A stretch of DNA of 64,000 bases from an uncultured cyanobacterium (lineage in GTDB: Bacteria > Cyanobacteriota > Cyanobacteriia > Cyanobacteriales > Cyanobacteriaceae), in NCBI GenBank assembly GCA_963710605.1, contig CAVQBA010000004.1, positions 608,001-672,000 on the forward strand, read 5' to 3'. Of the stretch, positions 10,111-18,706 are shown in pieces. The translations under genes and the position numbers were made by a program. The notes beneath the pieces are model-generated. The model was not told the origin of the DNA, did no database searches, and was given only the letters and a program-made list of their open reading frames with translations. Each line of letters begins with the position of its first letter. The stretch's first letter is position 1.

Positions 10111-11946
10111 TTGTCAATTGTTATAACTATGACTTCATTTAAAGATTTAATCACATATTATAATAAGTATCGGTTTTTTGTCTTTTTAAGTATTGGAATT
10201 GCTGGTTTATTTGAATTAATTGATTTAGTAGTTCCTTACCTTGTTGGACAAATACTTAATATTATTTCGGGGCAAAATTTAGATCCATTTTTAATCGGTA
10301 TCGTCAATAAAATTAGTCGAATTATTAACCTTAATTGGCAAGAAAGTAATTTACAATTAGCAATTTTAGTAGCGATTATTTTTGTAATTACGGTAGTCAG
10401 AGCTCCTATTCAACCGTGGACAAGTTCTTGGTATAATTGGGAAATTGCCTTAAAAGCTCGTCGAGATCATTCTCAAAAAGCGATCGAAAAAGTACTAACG
10501 TTACCGTTAAGTTTTTATGATGAAAATAATCCAGGTAGAATAGCAGGAAGAGTTGCTAGAGGGATTTCTAATCATACATGGACATATCCTGAAGTGTCAG
10601 GGCAACTACTGCCTAAATTGATTCGTGTTTTAGGTATTTTTGTGGTGATTTTGTTGTTAGAAAAATCGATCGCAATTGGTTTTATCATCTCTTTTGGTTT
10701 GATTTTAGTTTTTACTTTAATTAGCTTAAAAGAATTAATTAAACGAGAACAATTGTTAGATAAATATCAAGAAAACACTGAAAGTAGAACCTCAGAATTA
10801 ATTACCAATATTAAAACAGTTAAGGCATTTGCGACAGAAGCACAAGAATTAAAACGCCAAAATAAAAGATTAAATCGTGAATACAAAATAGTTATTAATC
10901 GGATTCATTTAGGTTATGTAAAATTAGCAACTTGGTCGAGAACGATCGTACAATTGTCTTTATTCTTAGTCTTTATCGCTATCTTAATTCCGACAGTAAG
11001 ACAAGAAATTTCGCTCGGTCATTTTATTACAATTTATACTGTTGCTAGTATGGCTTATTCTGAACTTGAGCCGATTAGTAATTTAGCCGAGACTTTTGCC
11101 CGTCGTTATGCCTCGATGATTCGTTTTCATGAATTTATGAATTTACCTGTCTCTCCAGAAAGTGCGAGTTTGTTACCTGAAAATGTAGCAGAAAATATCT
11201 ATCAGTTTACAGGTGAAATTGAACTTAAAAATATTTCGTTTGGTTATCATCACGATCGATTAGTCTTAAATAAGATCAATTTATTAGTTAAGCCTTATGA
11301 AACTGTAGCTTTAGTTGGTCGTTCTGGTTCAGGTAAATCGACTTTAGTTAAATTACTCTTCCGTTATTTTGAACCTATTGAAGGTAATATCTTACTTGAT
11401 GGTGTGGATATTCGACGTTTCGATGTAGCAGGTTATCGTCGTCGTTTAGCGATCGTTCATCAAGAAGTCGATATGTTTAATGGTACAATTTTTGATAACT
11501 TAGTCTATGGTAATCCTCAAATTAGTAAACAAGGAGTTAGACAAGCCTGTCGTATAGCGAGGGTAGATGAATTTATTAATGAATTACCAGATAAATATAA
11601 CACGATCGTTGGTGAAAGAGGGGTAAGACTTTCTGGAGGGCAAAAACAACGTTTAGGTATTGCTCGGGCGTTGATTATGAATCCTGATATTTTGATTTTT
11701 GATGAAGCCACCTCAAGTTTAGACTACGAATCAGAAAGAGAAATTCAACTAGCAATGCGTTCTATTTTAGGTACTCGTACTACAATTATTATTGCTCATC
11801 GTTTGAGTACAGTTAGAGAAGCAGACAAAATAATTGTTTTAGATCAAGGTAAAATAGCTCAAATAGGTAATCATGAGCAATTATTAGCTCAAGGTGGAAT
11901 TTATCAAAGATTACATTCACTGCAAGAAAGTGGTGATTTATATTAA
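10111..11946 (+). CDS. ABC exporter, fused permease + ATP-binding domain (likely start ATG 10129)
   Basis: Walker A GRSGSGKST, signature LSGGQKQR, Walker B ILIFDEATSSLD, AHRLST. Confidence 0.93.
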   Translation: MSIVITMTSFKDLITYYNKYRFFVFLSIGIAGLFELIDLVVPYLVGQILNIISGQNLDPFLIGIVNKISRIINLNWQESNLQLAILVAIIFVITVVRAPIQPWTSSWYNWEIALKARRDHSQKAIEKVLTLPLSFYDENNPGRIAGRVARGISNHTWTYPEVSGQLLPKLIRVLGIFVVILLLEKSIAIGFIISFGLILVFTLISLKELIKREQLLDKYQENTESRTSELITNIKTVKAFATEAQELKRQNKRLNREYKIVINRIHLGYVKLATWSRTIVQLSLFLVFIAILIPTVRQEISLGHFITIYTVASMAYSELEPISNLAETFARRYASMIRFHEFMNLPVSPESASLLPENVAENIYQFTGEIELKNISFGYHHDRLVLNKINLLVKPYETVALVGRSGSGKSTLVKLLFRYFEPIEGNILLDGVDIRRFDVAGYRRRLAIVHQEVDMFNGTIFDNLVYGNPQISKQGVRQACRIARVDEFINELPDKYNTIVGERGVRLSGGQKQRLGIARALIMNPDILIFDEATSSLDYESEREIQLAMRSILGTRTTIIIAHRLSTVREADKIIVLDQGKIAQIGNHEQLLAQGGIYQRLHSLQESGDLY

Positions 11947-11947
11947 T

Positions 11948-12069
11948 AATTGACAATTGACAATTGACAATTGACAATGAATGAATTCGGAATTCGGAGT
12001 TAGGAAAGTAGGAGTGAATAATTAATCCTCCTTACTCATTACTCATTACTCATTACTTATTACTCATTA
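11948..12069. repeat. STRR-type heptamer tandem repeats (AATTGAC; TTACTCA)
   Basis: Seen directly; similar arrays at ~13161-13192 (TAACTCT), ~36949-36972 (AAAGGGC), ~41894-41923, ~52039-52086, ~57781-57928, ~58816-58848. Confidence 0.85.
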
Positions 12070-12073
12070 TTCT

Positions 12074-13177
12074 GTGACTACTAATCAACCCAAATTATTA
12101 ATCGCCGCTAGTGGCACTGGCGGACATCTTTTTCCTGCTTTAGCTGTTGCCGAGCAGTTAGATAATTATCAAATAGAATGGTTAGGTGTACCTAATCGTT
12201 TAGAAACAACACTCTTACCTTCCTCATATCACTTACATACGATCGATATCGAAGGATTTCAGACAAGCCTAGGTGTCAAAACATTGATTGTTATGGCAAA
12301 AATGCTTCAAGCGATCGCTAAAACGTATCAAATAGTCAAAAATAACGAAATAGACTTTATATTTACCACAGGTGGTTACATTGCCGCCCCGGCGATTATT
12401 GCCGCTAAAATGGCGAAAATTCCCGTTATTTTGCATGAATCGAATTATATACCGGGTAAAGTAACTAAAGTTTTTGGTAGTTATTGCGATTGTGTTGGTA
12501 TTGGTTTTCCCGGTACAGAAAAATATTTACCTAAAGCGAAGACAAAATGGGTAAGCACTCCCGTTAGAGATGAATTTATCACACCACAAAAATTAGAATT
12601 AGATATCCCTGAAGAAGCTTTCTTAATCGTCGCCATGGGAGGCTCACAAGGAGCTGTGGGACTGAATAAATTAGTAAGGCAGTCAGCACCTAGTTTGTTA
12701 GAAAAAGATGCTTACATCGTTCATTTAACAGGGAAAAACGACAAAGAAGTAGGTAGTTTTCAGCATCCACATTATTTAGAAATGCCATTTTACGATCGTA
12801 TGGGAGCATTATTACAAAGAGCGAATTTAGCCATTAGTCGCTCTGGTGCTGGTGCTTTAACCGAATTAGCGATTACAAAAACACCTTCAGTTTTAATACC
12901 TTATCCTTATGCGGCAGAAGATCATCAGTATTATAACGGACAAGAATTTGTGAATGGTAAAGCCGCCTTGATGTTTCGAGAAAAACAGCTAACCGCCAGC
13001 ACTGTCAAAGATTTAACTACCGATATTCTCACCAAAACAATTCTTGATTTATTAGAAGATGAAGATAGATTAAAGACGATGAGTGAAAATGCAGGGAATC
13101 TAGCTTTGGCTGATAGTAGTGATATTTTAGCTCAGATGATTACCCAAAATATAAAACAATTAACTCTTAACTCTTAA
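12074..13177 (+). CDS. murG: Undecaprenyl-PP-MurNAc-pentapeptide N-acetylglucosaminyltransferase
   Basis: SGTGGHLFPALA, HESNYIPG, GGSQGA, SRSGAGALTEL, PYPYAAEDHQYYN. Confidence 0.96.
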   Translation: MTTNQPKLLIAASGTGGHLFPALAVAEQLDNYQIEWLGVPNRLETTLLPSSYHLHTIDIEGFQTSLGVKTLIVMAKMLQAIAKTYQIVKNNEIDFIFTTGGYIAAPAIIAAKMAKIPVILHESNYIPGKVTKVFGSYCDCVGIGFPGTEKYLPKAKTKWVSTPVRDEFITPQKLELDIPEEAFLIVAMGGSQGAVGLNKLVRQSAPSLLEKDAYIVHLTGKNDKEVGSFQHPHYLEMPFYDRMGALLQRANLAISRSGAGALTELAITKTPSVLIPYPYAAEDHQYYNGQEFVNGKAALMFREKQLTASTVKDLTTDILTKTILDLLEDEDRLKTMSENAGNLALADSSDILAQMITQNIKQLTLNS

Positions 13178-13312
13178 CTCTTAACTCTTAACTAAATTGT
13201 GTGTAATATAAGTTCGTTATTGTTTAAAATACTTAACGAACAAACTAGATTAGGTAAGGTATCGTATAGATAGATATATATAAATAAGAGTTTTTGAAGA
13301 GGTTATAAAAAT

Positions 13313-13828
13313 ATGAATACGATCTTTTCTACCACTCGTAAAGAAATCAATTGGTCAGCAATTATATTATTTTCTTTAGGATTTTGGTTGAGTGGCAGTG
13401 TTGTTTTAGATTTTGTCTTGATACCTAGCTTATCAGTTAGTGGCATGATGAATGGTACTGATTTTGCTAGTGCTGGTTTTTTGATTTTTGGCGTTTTTAA
13501 TCACATTGAAATAGTTTGTGCTTCGTTGATTTTGACTGGCACTCTCGTTTTTTCTGCACGAGGTTATTTAACCCAAGATAGAAAAGCGATTAATATTGTT
13601 TTTGCTAGTTTATTGTTATTGATTGCTTTAGCATATACCTACTTTTTTACTCCTAATTTAACTGCATGGGGTTTATTATTCAACCAATTTAGTAGTGGTG
13701 ACATTACCGCAATGCCTACAGCGATGAAGTATTGGCAAGGTAGTTTTTGGTTTTTAGAAGTAATGAAATTTGCGATCGCAGGAACTTTGTTACGTTGGCA
13801 TTATCGTAGTAGTTGTTCGATTCACTAA
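13313..13828 (+). CDS. DUF4149-like membrane protein
   Basis: LGFWLSGSVVLD...GMM...FASAG...FNHIE; four hydrophobic segments. Confidence 0.7.
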   Translation: MNTIFSTTRKEINWSAIILFSLGFWLSGSVVLDFVLIPSLSVSGMMNGTDFASAGFLIFGVFNHIEIVCASLILTGTLVFSARGYLTQDRKAINIVFASLLLLIALAYTYFFTPNLTAWGLLFNQFSSGDITAMPTAMKYWQGSFWFLEVMKFAIAGTLLRWHYRSSCSIH

Positions 13829-13869
13829 TATTTCGATCGATTTTATCAATAATTGAATTTTATCTTTTT

Positions 13870-13900
13870 ATCCCGTTTTTGTAGAGCGGGATTTTTTTTT
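13870..13900 (+). terminator. Intrinsic terminator
   Basis: ATCCCGTTTT-TGT-AGAGCGGGAT hairpin followed by a T-run. Confidence 0.8.
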
Positions 13901-14207
13901 GTTTGTTTGTAGAATAAAAATGAAACAATTTTTCGTTGAAAATATTAGTTTACAGATTCGATAGGCTTACTGTACCAAGTTAGTCGAAATTCAGTGCTTA
14001 GCAACCTCTATTAGCCCTGTCAACAAATTGACAAAGTGGGTTAAATACTTAAATTTTATTCAGGTTTAATCAGTTTAATACTGTAATTTTTCTTGAAAAG
14101 TCTTAATGAACAATTGATCAACGAAATAAGAAAAACCCAAAAATAACTGGGTTTTACTCGAATTTAAACCCTAGACCATGAATTTCTCTGTCTGTTTGAA
14201 ATTATAA

Positions 14208-14256
14208 TTTTAAATGGCTGAAGCGAGATTTGAACTCGCGACCAAGAGCTTATGAG
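14208..14256 (-). repeat. att core copy (displaced 3' half of tRNA-Met), left boundary of integrated element
   Basis: 49/49 identical to 32791-32839. Confidence 0.95.
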
Positions 14257-14265
14257 ACGAAGAAA

Positions 14266-14454
14266 CTATTCATCATCAAAACCTTTCCCCACTTGATAAC
14301 CTGTAAGGAATCCAAAAACACCAGTCATGGCTGACAATGATAAGGTTTCTAGTGTTGCCAAATTTTTATCGTGAAAACTTAAGTACCCTATCAAAGAAAA
14401 TAAAAAGATTAAAAAAATTAGAGCAACTTTAAAATCAGGATTACCTCCCCTCAT
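14266..14454 (-). CDS. Small 2-TM membrane protein (holin-like candidate)
   Basis: Two hydrophobic helices in 62 aa; overlaps the upstream gene; last gene of the leftward operon. Confidence 0.55.
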   Translation of the reverse strand: MRGGNPDFKVALIFLIFLFSLIGYLSFHDKNLATLETLSLSAMTGVFGFLTGYQVGKGFDDE

Positions 14455-14752
14455 CTTGTTTATTGGCTTCTTCTAAAGCACTACTTAAAGTATTAATTGC
14501 TTTTTGTTGGTCTTGAATTGTTTGGTTTAAATTAAAGATCTCTTCTCTATAATCAGCCTGCCCATCGTATAAAATTTTGATCATTTGTTTGTCTTCTTGT
14601 ATCAAAGAATCAATTTTTTGACCATTTTGACTATGTAGAAAAGCGATCGCCGAAAAAATTGCGATTATAATGGCGACTCCTGTAGTAATAATATAACTAT
14701 CCATTTTTTTGTAGGCTAATATAATTGATAAGAAAATTTTATGAAATTTCAT
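14441..14752 (-). CDS. Membrane-anchored coiled-coil protein
   Basis: IITTGVAIIIAIFSAIAFL TM segment then heptad-rich C-terminus; start may be the internal ATG (MDSY). Confidence 0.6.
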   Translation of the reverse strand: MKFHKIFLSIILAYKKMDSYIITTGVAIIIAIFSAIAFLHSQNGQKIDSLIQEDKQMIKILYDGQADYREEIFNLNQTIQDQQKAINTLSSALEEANKQDEGR

Positions 14753-15062
14753 TCTGAATTAAAATAACAGCCGATGGTGGGTAAATTATTTTTTCCTCAT
14801 CCATTTGTAACCCACAACATTTTTTACCTCTTAAATCAATCTTTTTCATTGAGGTATAAGTATCAAGTTGATTATCATACAGTCCCCATTGTCTTAATCC
14901 TCTAGGCTTTGCTTGCCAGTGGAGTAATTGAAATTTACCCGATAACTGAAAGTGGTTAATTATTGAATTGAAATCAACAATTATTTTATCTTTGTCTTCT
15001 GGTCTGTTACTCCAAGATATATTGAATTTAGCTTTATTTAGCTTGATTATACTCTGGTTCAT
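14739..15062 (-). CDS. Hypothetical protein
   Basis: 107-aa ORF in coupled operon; motif LLHWQAKPRGLRQWGLYD. Confidence 0.65.
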   Translation of the reverse strand: MNQSIIKLNKAKFNISWSNRPEDKDKIIVDFNSIINHFQLSGKFQLLHWQAKPRGLRQWGLYDNQLDTYTSMKKIDLRGKKCCGLQMDEEKIIYPPSAVILIQNEIS

Positions 15063-15064
15063 TT

Positions 15065-15523
15065 TTAAACTTCTTTTCCCTCGTGAATACCATTTAAATT
15101 AGCTAAAGTGCAGTACAAAAATCCTTGGTTGATAACAGTATTTGGTCTTAGTTGCACGATCCAGTTATTGGAAATAATTAAAGGAGCAAACGAAATAATA
15201 TAAATTTCACCAAAATTTACAAAATTATTTTGTAAATTTAGTGTTGCTTCGTAATGATGGAAACTGCTGCTTGGATCTATCAAAGTTAACCTGATTTCAT
15301 CTGTCGGTGTGATCGCATTGACTTTTTTGATAGCTAAAGATTTTGCCATTAAATCAGCATTACTGATTCTAGAAGCGTGCCATTGTAATCGTTGGTTTGG
15401 TTGTAAGTTGCCTGTTATTAATAACTCGTATCTAGGTAAAGGCTCACTAGGATAAATAAATTTATTTACCTCATAAGATGCTCCGATCGTATTATTAGAC
15501 AGAGCTAGTGGGTTAATGTCCAT
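15065..15523 (-). CDS. Hypothetical beta-rich protein (virion protein candidate)
   Basis: Alternating hydrophobic pattern; 2-3 bp from its neighbours. Confidence 0.65.
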   Translation of the reverse strand: MDINPLALSNNTIGASYEVNKFIYPSEPLPRYELLITGNLQPNQRLQWHASRISNADLMAKSLAIKKVNAITPTDEIRLTLIDPSSSFHHYEATLNLQNNFVNFGEIYIISFAPLIISNNWIVQLRPNTVINQGFLYCTLANLNGIHEGKEV

Positions 15524-15526
15524 ATT

Positions 15527-16051
15527 TTATAAAAAAGGTAAAAGAAGTGAACTACCTGCGGTAAGTGGTGGTAGAGCCGTAGTGGAAAGCCCCCCTGTTA
15601 TTGGTATCAACGCTGATGACAAAGCAATAAGAGCGGTATTTTGAGCTAATTCATTACCAATTTCTAATGAATCAATTATTACTCTTTGTTTCTGCGTTTC
15701 TCGTATTTCTTCTATCTGTTCTTTTATCGTTTTCAGAGATATTTCAGGAAAGAAAGCATAAATTTCTATATTTATATTTTCTGTAGTTAGAAAAGCTCCA
15801 TATAATTTATCTGCTTCTTGATATTCTGAAGGAATGGGGTAAACAAAAAAACTATCAAGGGTATTGTTCTCATTCAAAATAATTAATTTGTTCTGAGTTG
15901 CTGAAACAGGAAACTGTAAATTAAAATCGATTACAATTTCATCTGATATATCAGGTGCTAACAGAAAAATAGCTGTTGCACCTGTTATTTCTTCTGTTCG
16001 ATTAATTTGTTGTCCTGTGGCTAACCCTGAGTAGATTCGTTTTATAGTCAT
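15527..16051 (-). CDS. Hypothetical protein: beta-rich N-domain, coiled coil, hydrophobic C-tail
   Basis: LKTIKEQIEEIRETQ coil; ALIALSSALIPITGGL...SLLLPFL tail. Confidence 0.65.
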   Translation of the reverse strand: MTIKRIYSGLATGQQINRTEEITGATAIFLLAPDISDEIVIDFNLQFPVSATQNKLIILNENNTLDSFFVYPIPSEYQEADKLYGAFLTTENINIEIYAFFPEISLKTIKEQIEEIRETQKQRVIIDSLEIGNELAQNTALIALSSALIPITGGLSTTALPPLTAGSSLLLPFL

Positions 16052-16053
16052 AG

Positions 16054-16482
16054 CTATGATGATTCAATTTTGTTAGGTCTAATTTCCGAAAATCGCTTTT
16101 CACCAAAGTATCGCAAACAACTACCAATATTTAAAGGATTAAACTTATTTTTAACAATAAACAGTATTTCTCTCAAGCAATTAGCTGTACCTATTGTTGG
16201 TGGTTCAGGCACGTAAATAGTTACTTGAGCTTTACCTGTTGCATTATCTGGTTCTTCGTACTCTGTTACAGTTCGTCTCAAGTTGCTTGGATCACCCCAA
16301 ATTTTATCTTTTACTCTTTTTTGTTCTGCCAATTGAAAGCAATTAGGCAAATCAATAAACCTATTTCCTAAAATATCTTTATCGATTCTTTGAGTACGAA
16401 TAAATTGTTGTCCGTTATCAGCCGTATAGACAAATTTTATTACTTCATACCTTCTTGTTTTAGCTGGAGGTAAAAGTGCCAT
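16054..16482 (-). CDS. Hypothetical protein, YxxDxG...RR...GE paralog family
   Basis: FVYTADNG / NLRRTV / SCLRYFGEKR. Confidence 0.7.
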   Translation of the reverse strand: MALLPPAKTRRYEVIKFVYTADNGQQFIRTQRIDKDILGNRFIDLPNCFQLAEQKRVKDKIWGDPSNLRRTVTEYEEPDNATGKAQVTIYVPEPPTIGTANCLREILFIVKNKFNPLNIGSCLRYFGEKRFSEIRPNKIESS

Positions 16483-16844
16483 TATAATTTCAGGTTTAAG
16501 AAATAATCATTAAATTGTTCGCCGATCGTTTCTAACTTGATTTGTAAATCATTAATCGCTTGAAAATCAATGTTTGTAAAAGGTTCGTAATATTCTAATT
16601 CAAAAATTGAATTATGATCTTCGATTAATATTCGTCTTTTTTTCTGGATTAATTTTGACTGACAGTAAGCCTTTTTATTGCCAGAAAATAGATTGTATCC
16701 ATCAATGGGGATATAATTTGAAACTTGCAATAATAAATCAGCAAAAGGGATAAAATCATTAGACTCTTTGTTAATCCCTTGAATGAACGGCTTTTCATTT
16801 TTTAAAATTATGCCAATATCTGTCTTATAATTGCAAAGAATCAT
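16482..16844 (-). CDS. Hypothetical protein, YxxDxG...RR...GE paralog family
   Basis: NYKTDIG / YC...KKRRI / ETIGEQ; 1-bp stop/start overlaps on both sides. Confidence 0.65.
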   Translation of the reverse strand: MILCNYKTDIGIILKNEKPFIQGINKESNDFIPFADLLLQVSNYIPIDGYNLFSGNKKAYCQSKLIQKKRRILIEDHNSIFELEYYEPFTNIDFQAINDLQIKLETIGEQFNDYFLNLKL

Positions 16845-17596
16845 TATTCTCCAAAAACATAATAATCTTGTGCATTCTCTATTGAAGTACCTTCGTATCC
16901 GAGGCAGTTAAAATTAGTCATCACGGTTGCACCACAAGTTTTTATGTCTGTTTCAGTGTTTTGAGAGACAATTATTTGTCTACTAATTACTCCCCCTGTA
17001 GCTGAATTAGATCTTTGCCCCTTAAATCTACGAGGTTTAAGTCCACCGCCACTAATTCCGCAGGATAGTGCGTCTGAGCCTAATATTTTATCTAAACACT
17101 CTTGTTGTGCTACAAAAATAGAGCTTGGTAAAGTCTCGATCGATGTGTTTCTGATTATCGCATCATTTGCACCTCCGCCATCTAAATAATAGCGATATTG
17201 AAAACCAGATTTTGCTGGTTTCGTTGCACCATCAATTGGAGTGACAGCATAGTTGCCCCCTAAAATGCCAGGAGGAATTGCTTTCCATTTTTCTCCTTTA
17301 ATAACTATACAAGCTACATTTGGATTTGCTCCGTAAACACTAGCAAAAGAAGGTACTTGAGCCAGCGTAGGAATAGGTAACTCAATGGAAGTATTGTCAG
17401 TAAAAACTAAAATACCTTTTCTCATGGAAAACAATCGCCTAGCTCCACCACAACGAGGTGTTATAGCTGTCGGCAAAGGTTGAGAAAAAGGGACGGGTAC
17501 TTGTTCTTGGCGATCAACAGAAAATCTAATGTCAAAATAGAGATCACCAAAATCACTTTGATATTGATCTACTACGTAACTATCTTTATTAGCCAC
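16844..17596 (-). CDS. Two-domain protein (tandem copies of the paralog domain); major virion protein candidate
   Basis: QYQSDFG...ACIVIKGEKW and YRYYLDGG...LKPRRF...NCLGYEG; purine-rich RBS (AGGAGA) upstream of GTG. Confidence 0.7.
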   Translation of the reverse strand: MANKDSYVVDQYQSDFGDLYFDIRFSVDRQEQVPVPFSQPLPTAITPRCGGARRLFSMRKGILVFTDNTSIELPIPTLAQVPSFASVYGANPNVACIVIKGEKWKAIPPGILGGNYAVTPIDGATKPAKSGFQYRYYLDGGGANDAIIRNTSIETLPSSIFVAQQECLDKILGSDALSCGISGGGLKPRRFKGQRSNSATGGVISRQIIVSQNTETDIKTCGATVMTNFNCLGYEGTSIENAQDYYVFGE

Positions 17597-17607
17597 TTGT
17601 TTTTCTC

Positions 17608-17970
17608 CTATGCTTCTGGCACAATACTTGCTACTGTGCTGTCATAGGCTATGTCAGCGTTGACCGCAAAAATATTTCTGATTTGCCCTACATTTTGCTG
17701 TGCTAATGATTGAGTTTTAGTGATTGTCAATTCTGCGGGTTTTACGCTGTCAGCTAAAGCGTTAACGTTCGTGTTTGCTGTTTCTAACAAGACTCTAATT
17801 AGTTCCGCACCGTCACCAGTACTTGGTTCTGCTTCTGCGCTAGAAATTCCAGACAACGAAGTTAAAGGAATACAAATTGATTCTGCTGTTACTGAGCCAT
17901 TAGCGGCGACTAATTCGATACCAGAGAAAACAACGCTAGGTGAAATTTTAGGCATAATGTGAAAAATCAT
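17608..17970 (-). CDS. Ala/Ser-rich hypothetical protein (virion protein candidate; start may be MPKIS at 17955)
   Basis: IPLTSLSGISSAEAEPSTGDG...KPAELTITK; small-residue-rich composition. Confidence 0.65.
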   Translation of the reverse strand: MIFHIMPKISPSVVFSGIELVAANGSVTAESICIPLTSLSGISSAEAEPSTGDGAELIRVLLETANTNVNALADSVKPAELTITKTQSLAQQNVGQIRNIFAVNADIAYDSTVASIVPEA

Positions 17971-18015
17971 TTTTTAATTCAATAATTTTCACTTTAACCA
18001 ACAAGAAAAAAAATG

Positions 18016-18237
18016 TCAAGGTCGATATAAGTCAATCTCTGTGAGAATTTCAGCGATTGGTTTTTCTGTTTTATGTTGTGTTTGCTGTGCTATTTTTTTT
18101 GCATTTAAAATAGTTAAATATCTTCTACCAGAATAATAAATAATACCTAAGTATCCATTTCGCTTTATTTGATTGGCAACATCATAGTAAGGCAAGTTTA
18201 AAATTTTTGCTAATGCAGCAGGTGAGATTAATTTCAT
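18016..18237 (-). CDS. Small HTH-like DNA-binding protein candidate
   Basis: LISPAALAKILNLPYYDVANQIKR resembles excisionase/MerR-type HTH; heads the leftward operon. Confidence 0.5.
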   Translation of the reverse strand: MKLISPAALAKILNLPYYDVANQIKRNGYLGIIYYSGRRYLTILNAKKIAQQTQHKTEKPIAEILTEIDLYRP

Positions 18238-18400
18238 ACCAGTATGGAGCTATATAAGTCCATATATAAAATCTTTTAGTAAAAATACTATAATATAATA
18301 TAGATTTTAATAATAACAAAAACGCTGAAATATTTAAATTTTAAATACTTTAATAAAATCAGTATAATAAATAAATATTGTTTTTTTATTTTTTTAATTA
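18238..18400. promoter_or_regulatory. Extremely AT-rich divergent promoter region
   Basis: Gap between divergent ORFs with several TATAAT hexamers. Confidence 0.45.
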
Positions 18401-18706
18401 ATGCTTATCCGTAATCATGTAGAGTATTTGACAGACTCAAATGCAATTTTAAATATTATTGTAAAATATGAAGAAAATACAAATAATACTAGATTAAGTA
18501 TTGGTGGATTAAATCACAATCCTGTGGTTTGCGGGTTTACTTTAGAAAGAAAATCATTAACGCCTCGATATGTACAGCACAAATCACTTGGCAAAATCGT
18601 ATTCAAAACTCATTCAGCTTGGATTAGTTATATACAAGGGAATAAAGATAATATACAATCGGCTACAGGTGAACGTATAAATTGTACAGGTTTATATTTC
18701 ATCTAA
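18401..18706 (+). CDS. Hypothetical protein, divergent member of the paralog family
   Basis: VEYLTDSN / VCG...LTPRYV / SATGERINC. Confidence 0.6.
   Translation: MLIRNHVEYLTDSNAILNIIVKYEENTNNTRLSIGGLNHNPVVCGFTLERKSLTPRYVQHKSLGKIVFKTHSAWISYIQGNKDNIQSATGERINCTGLYFI

Noticed and set aside
14215-14256. Second tRNA gene
   Set aside because: Only the 3' half is present; it is the att duplication
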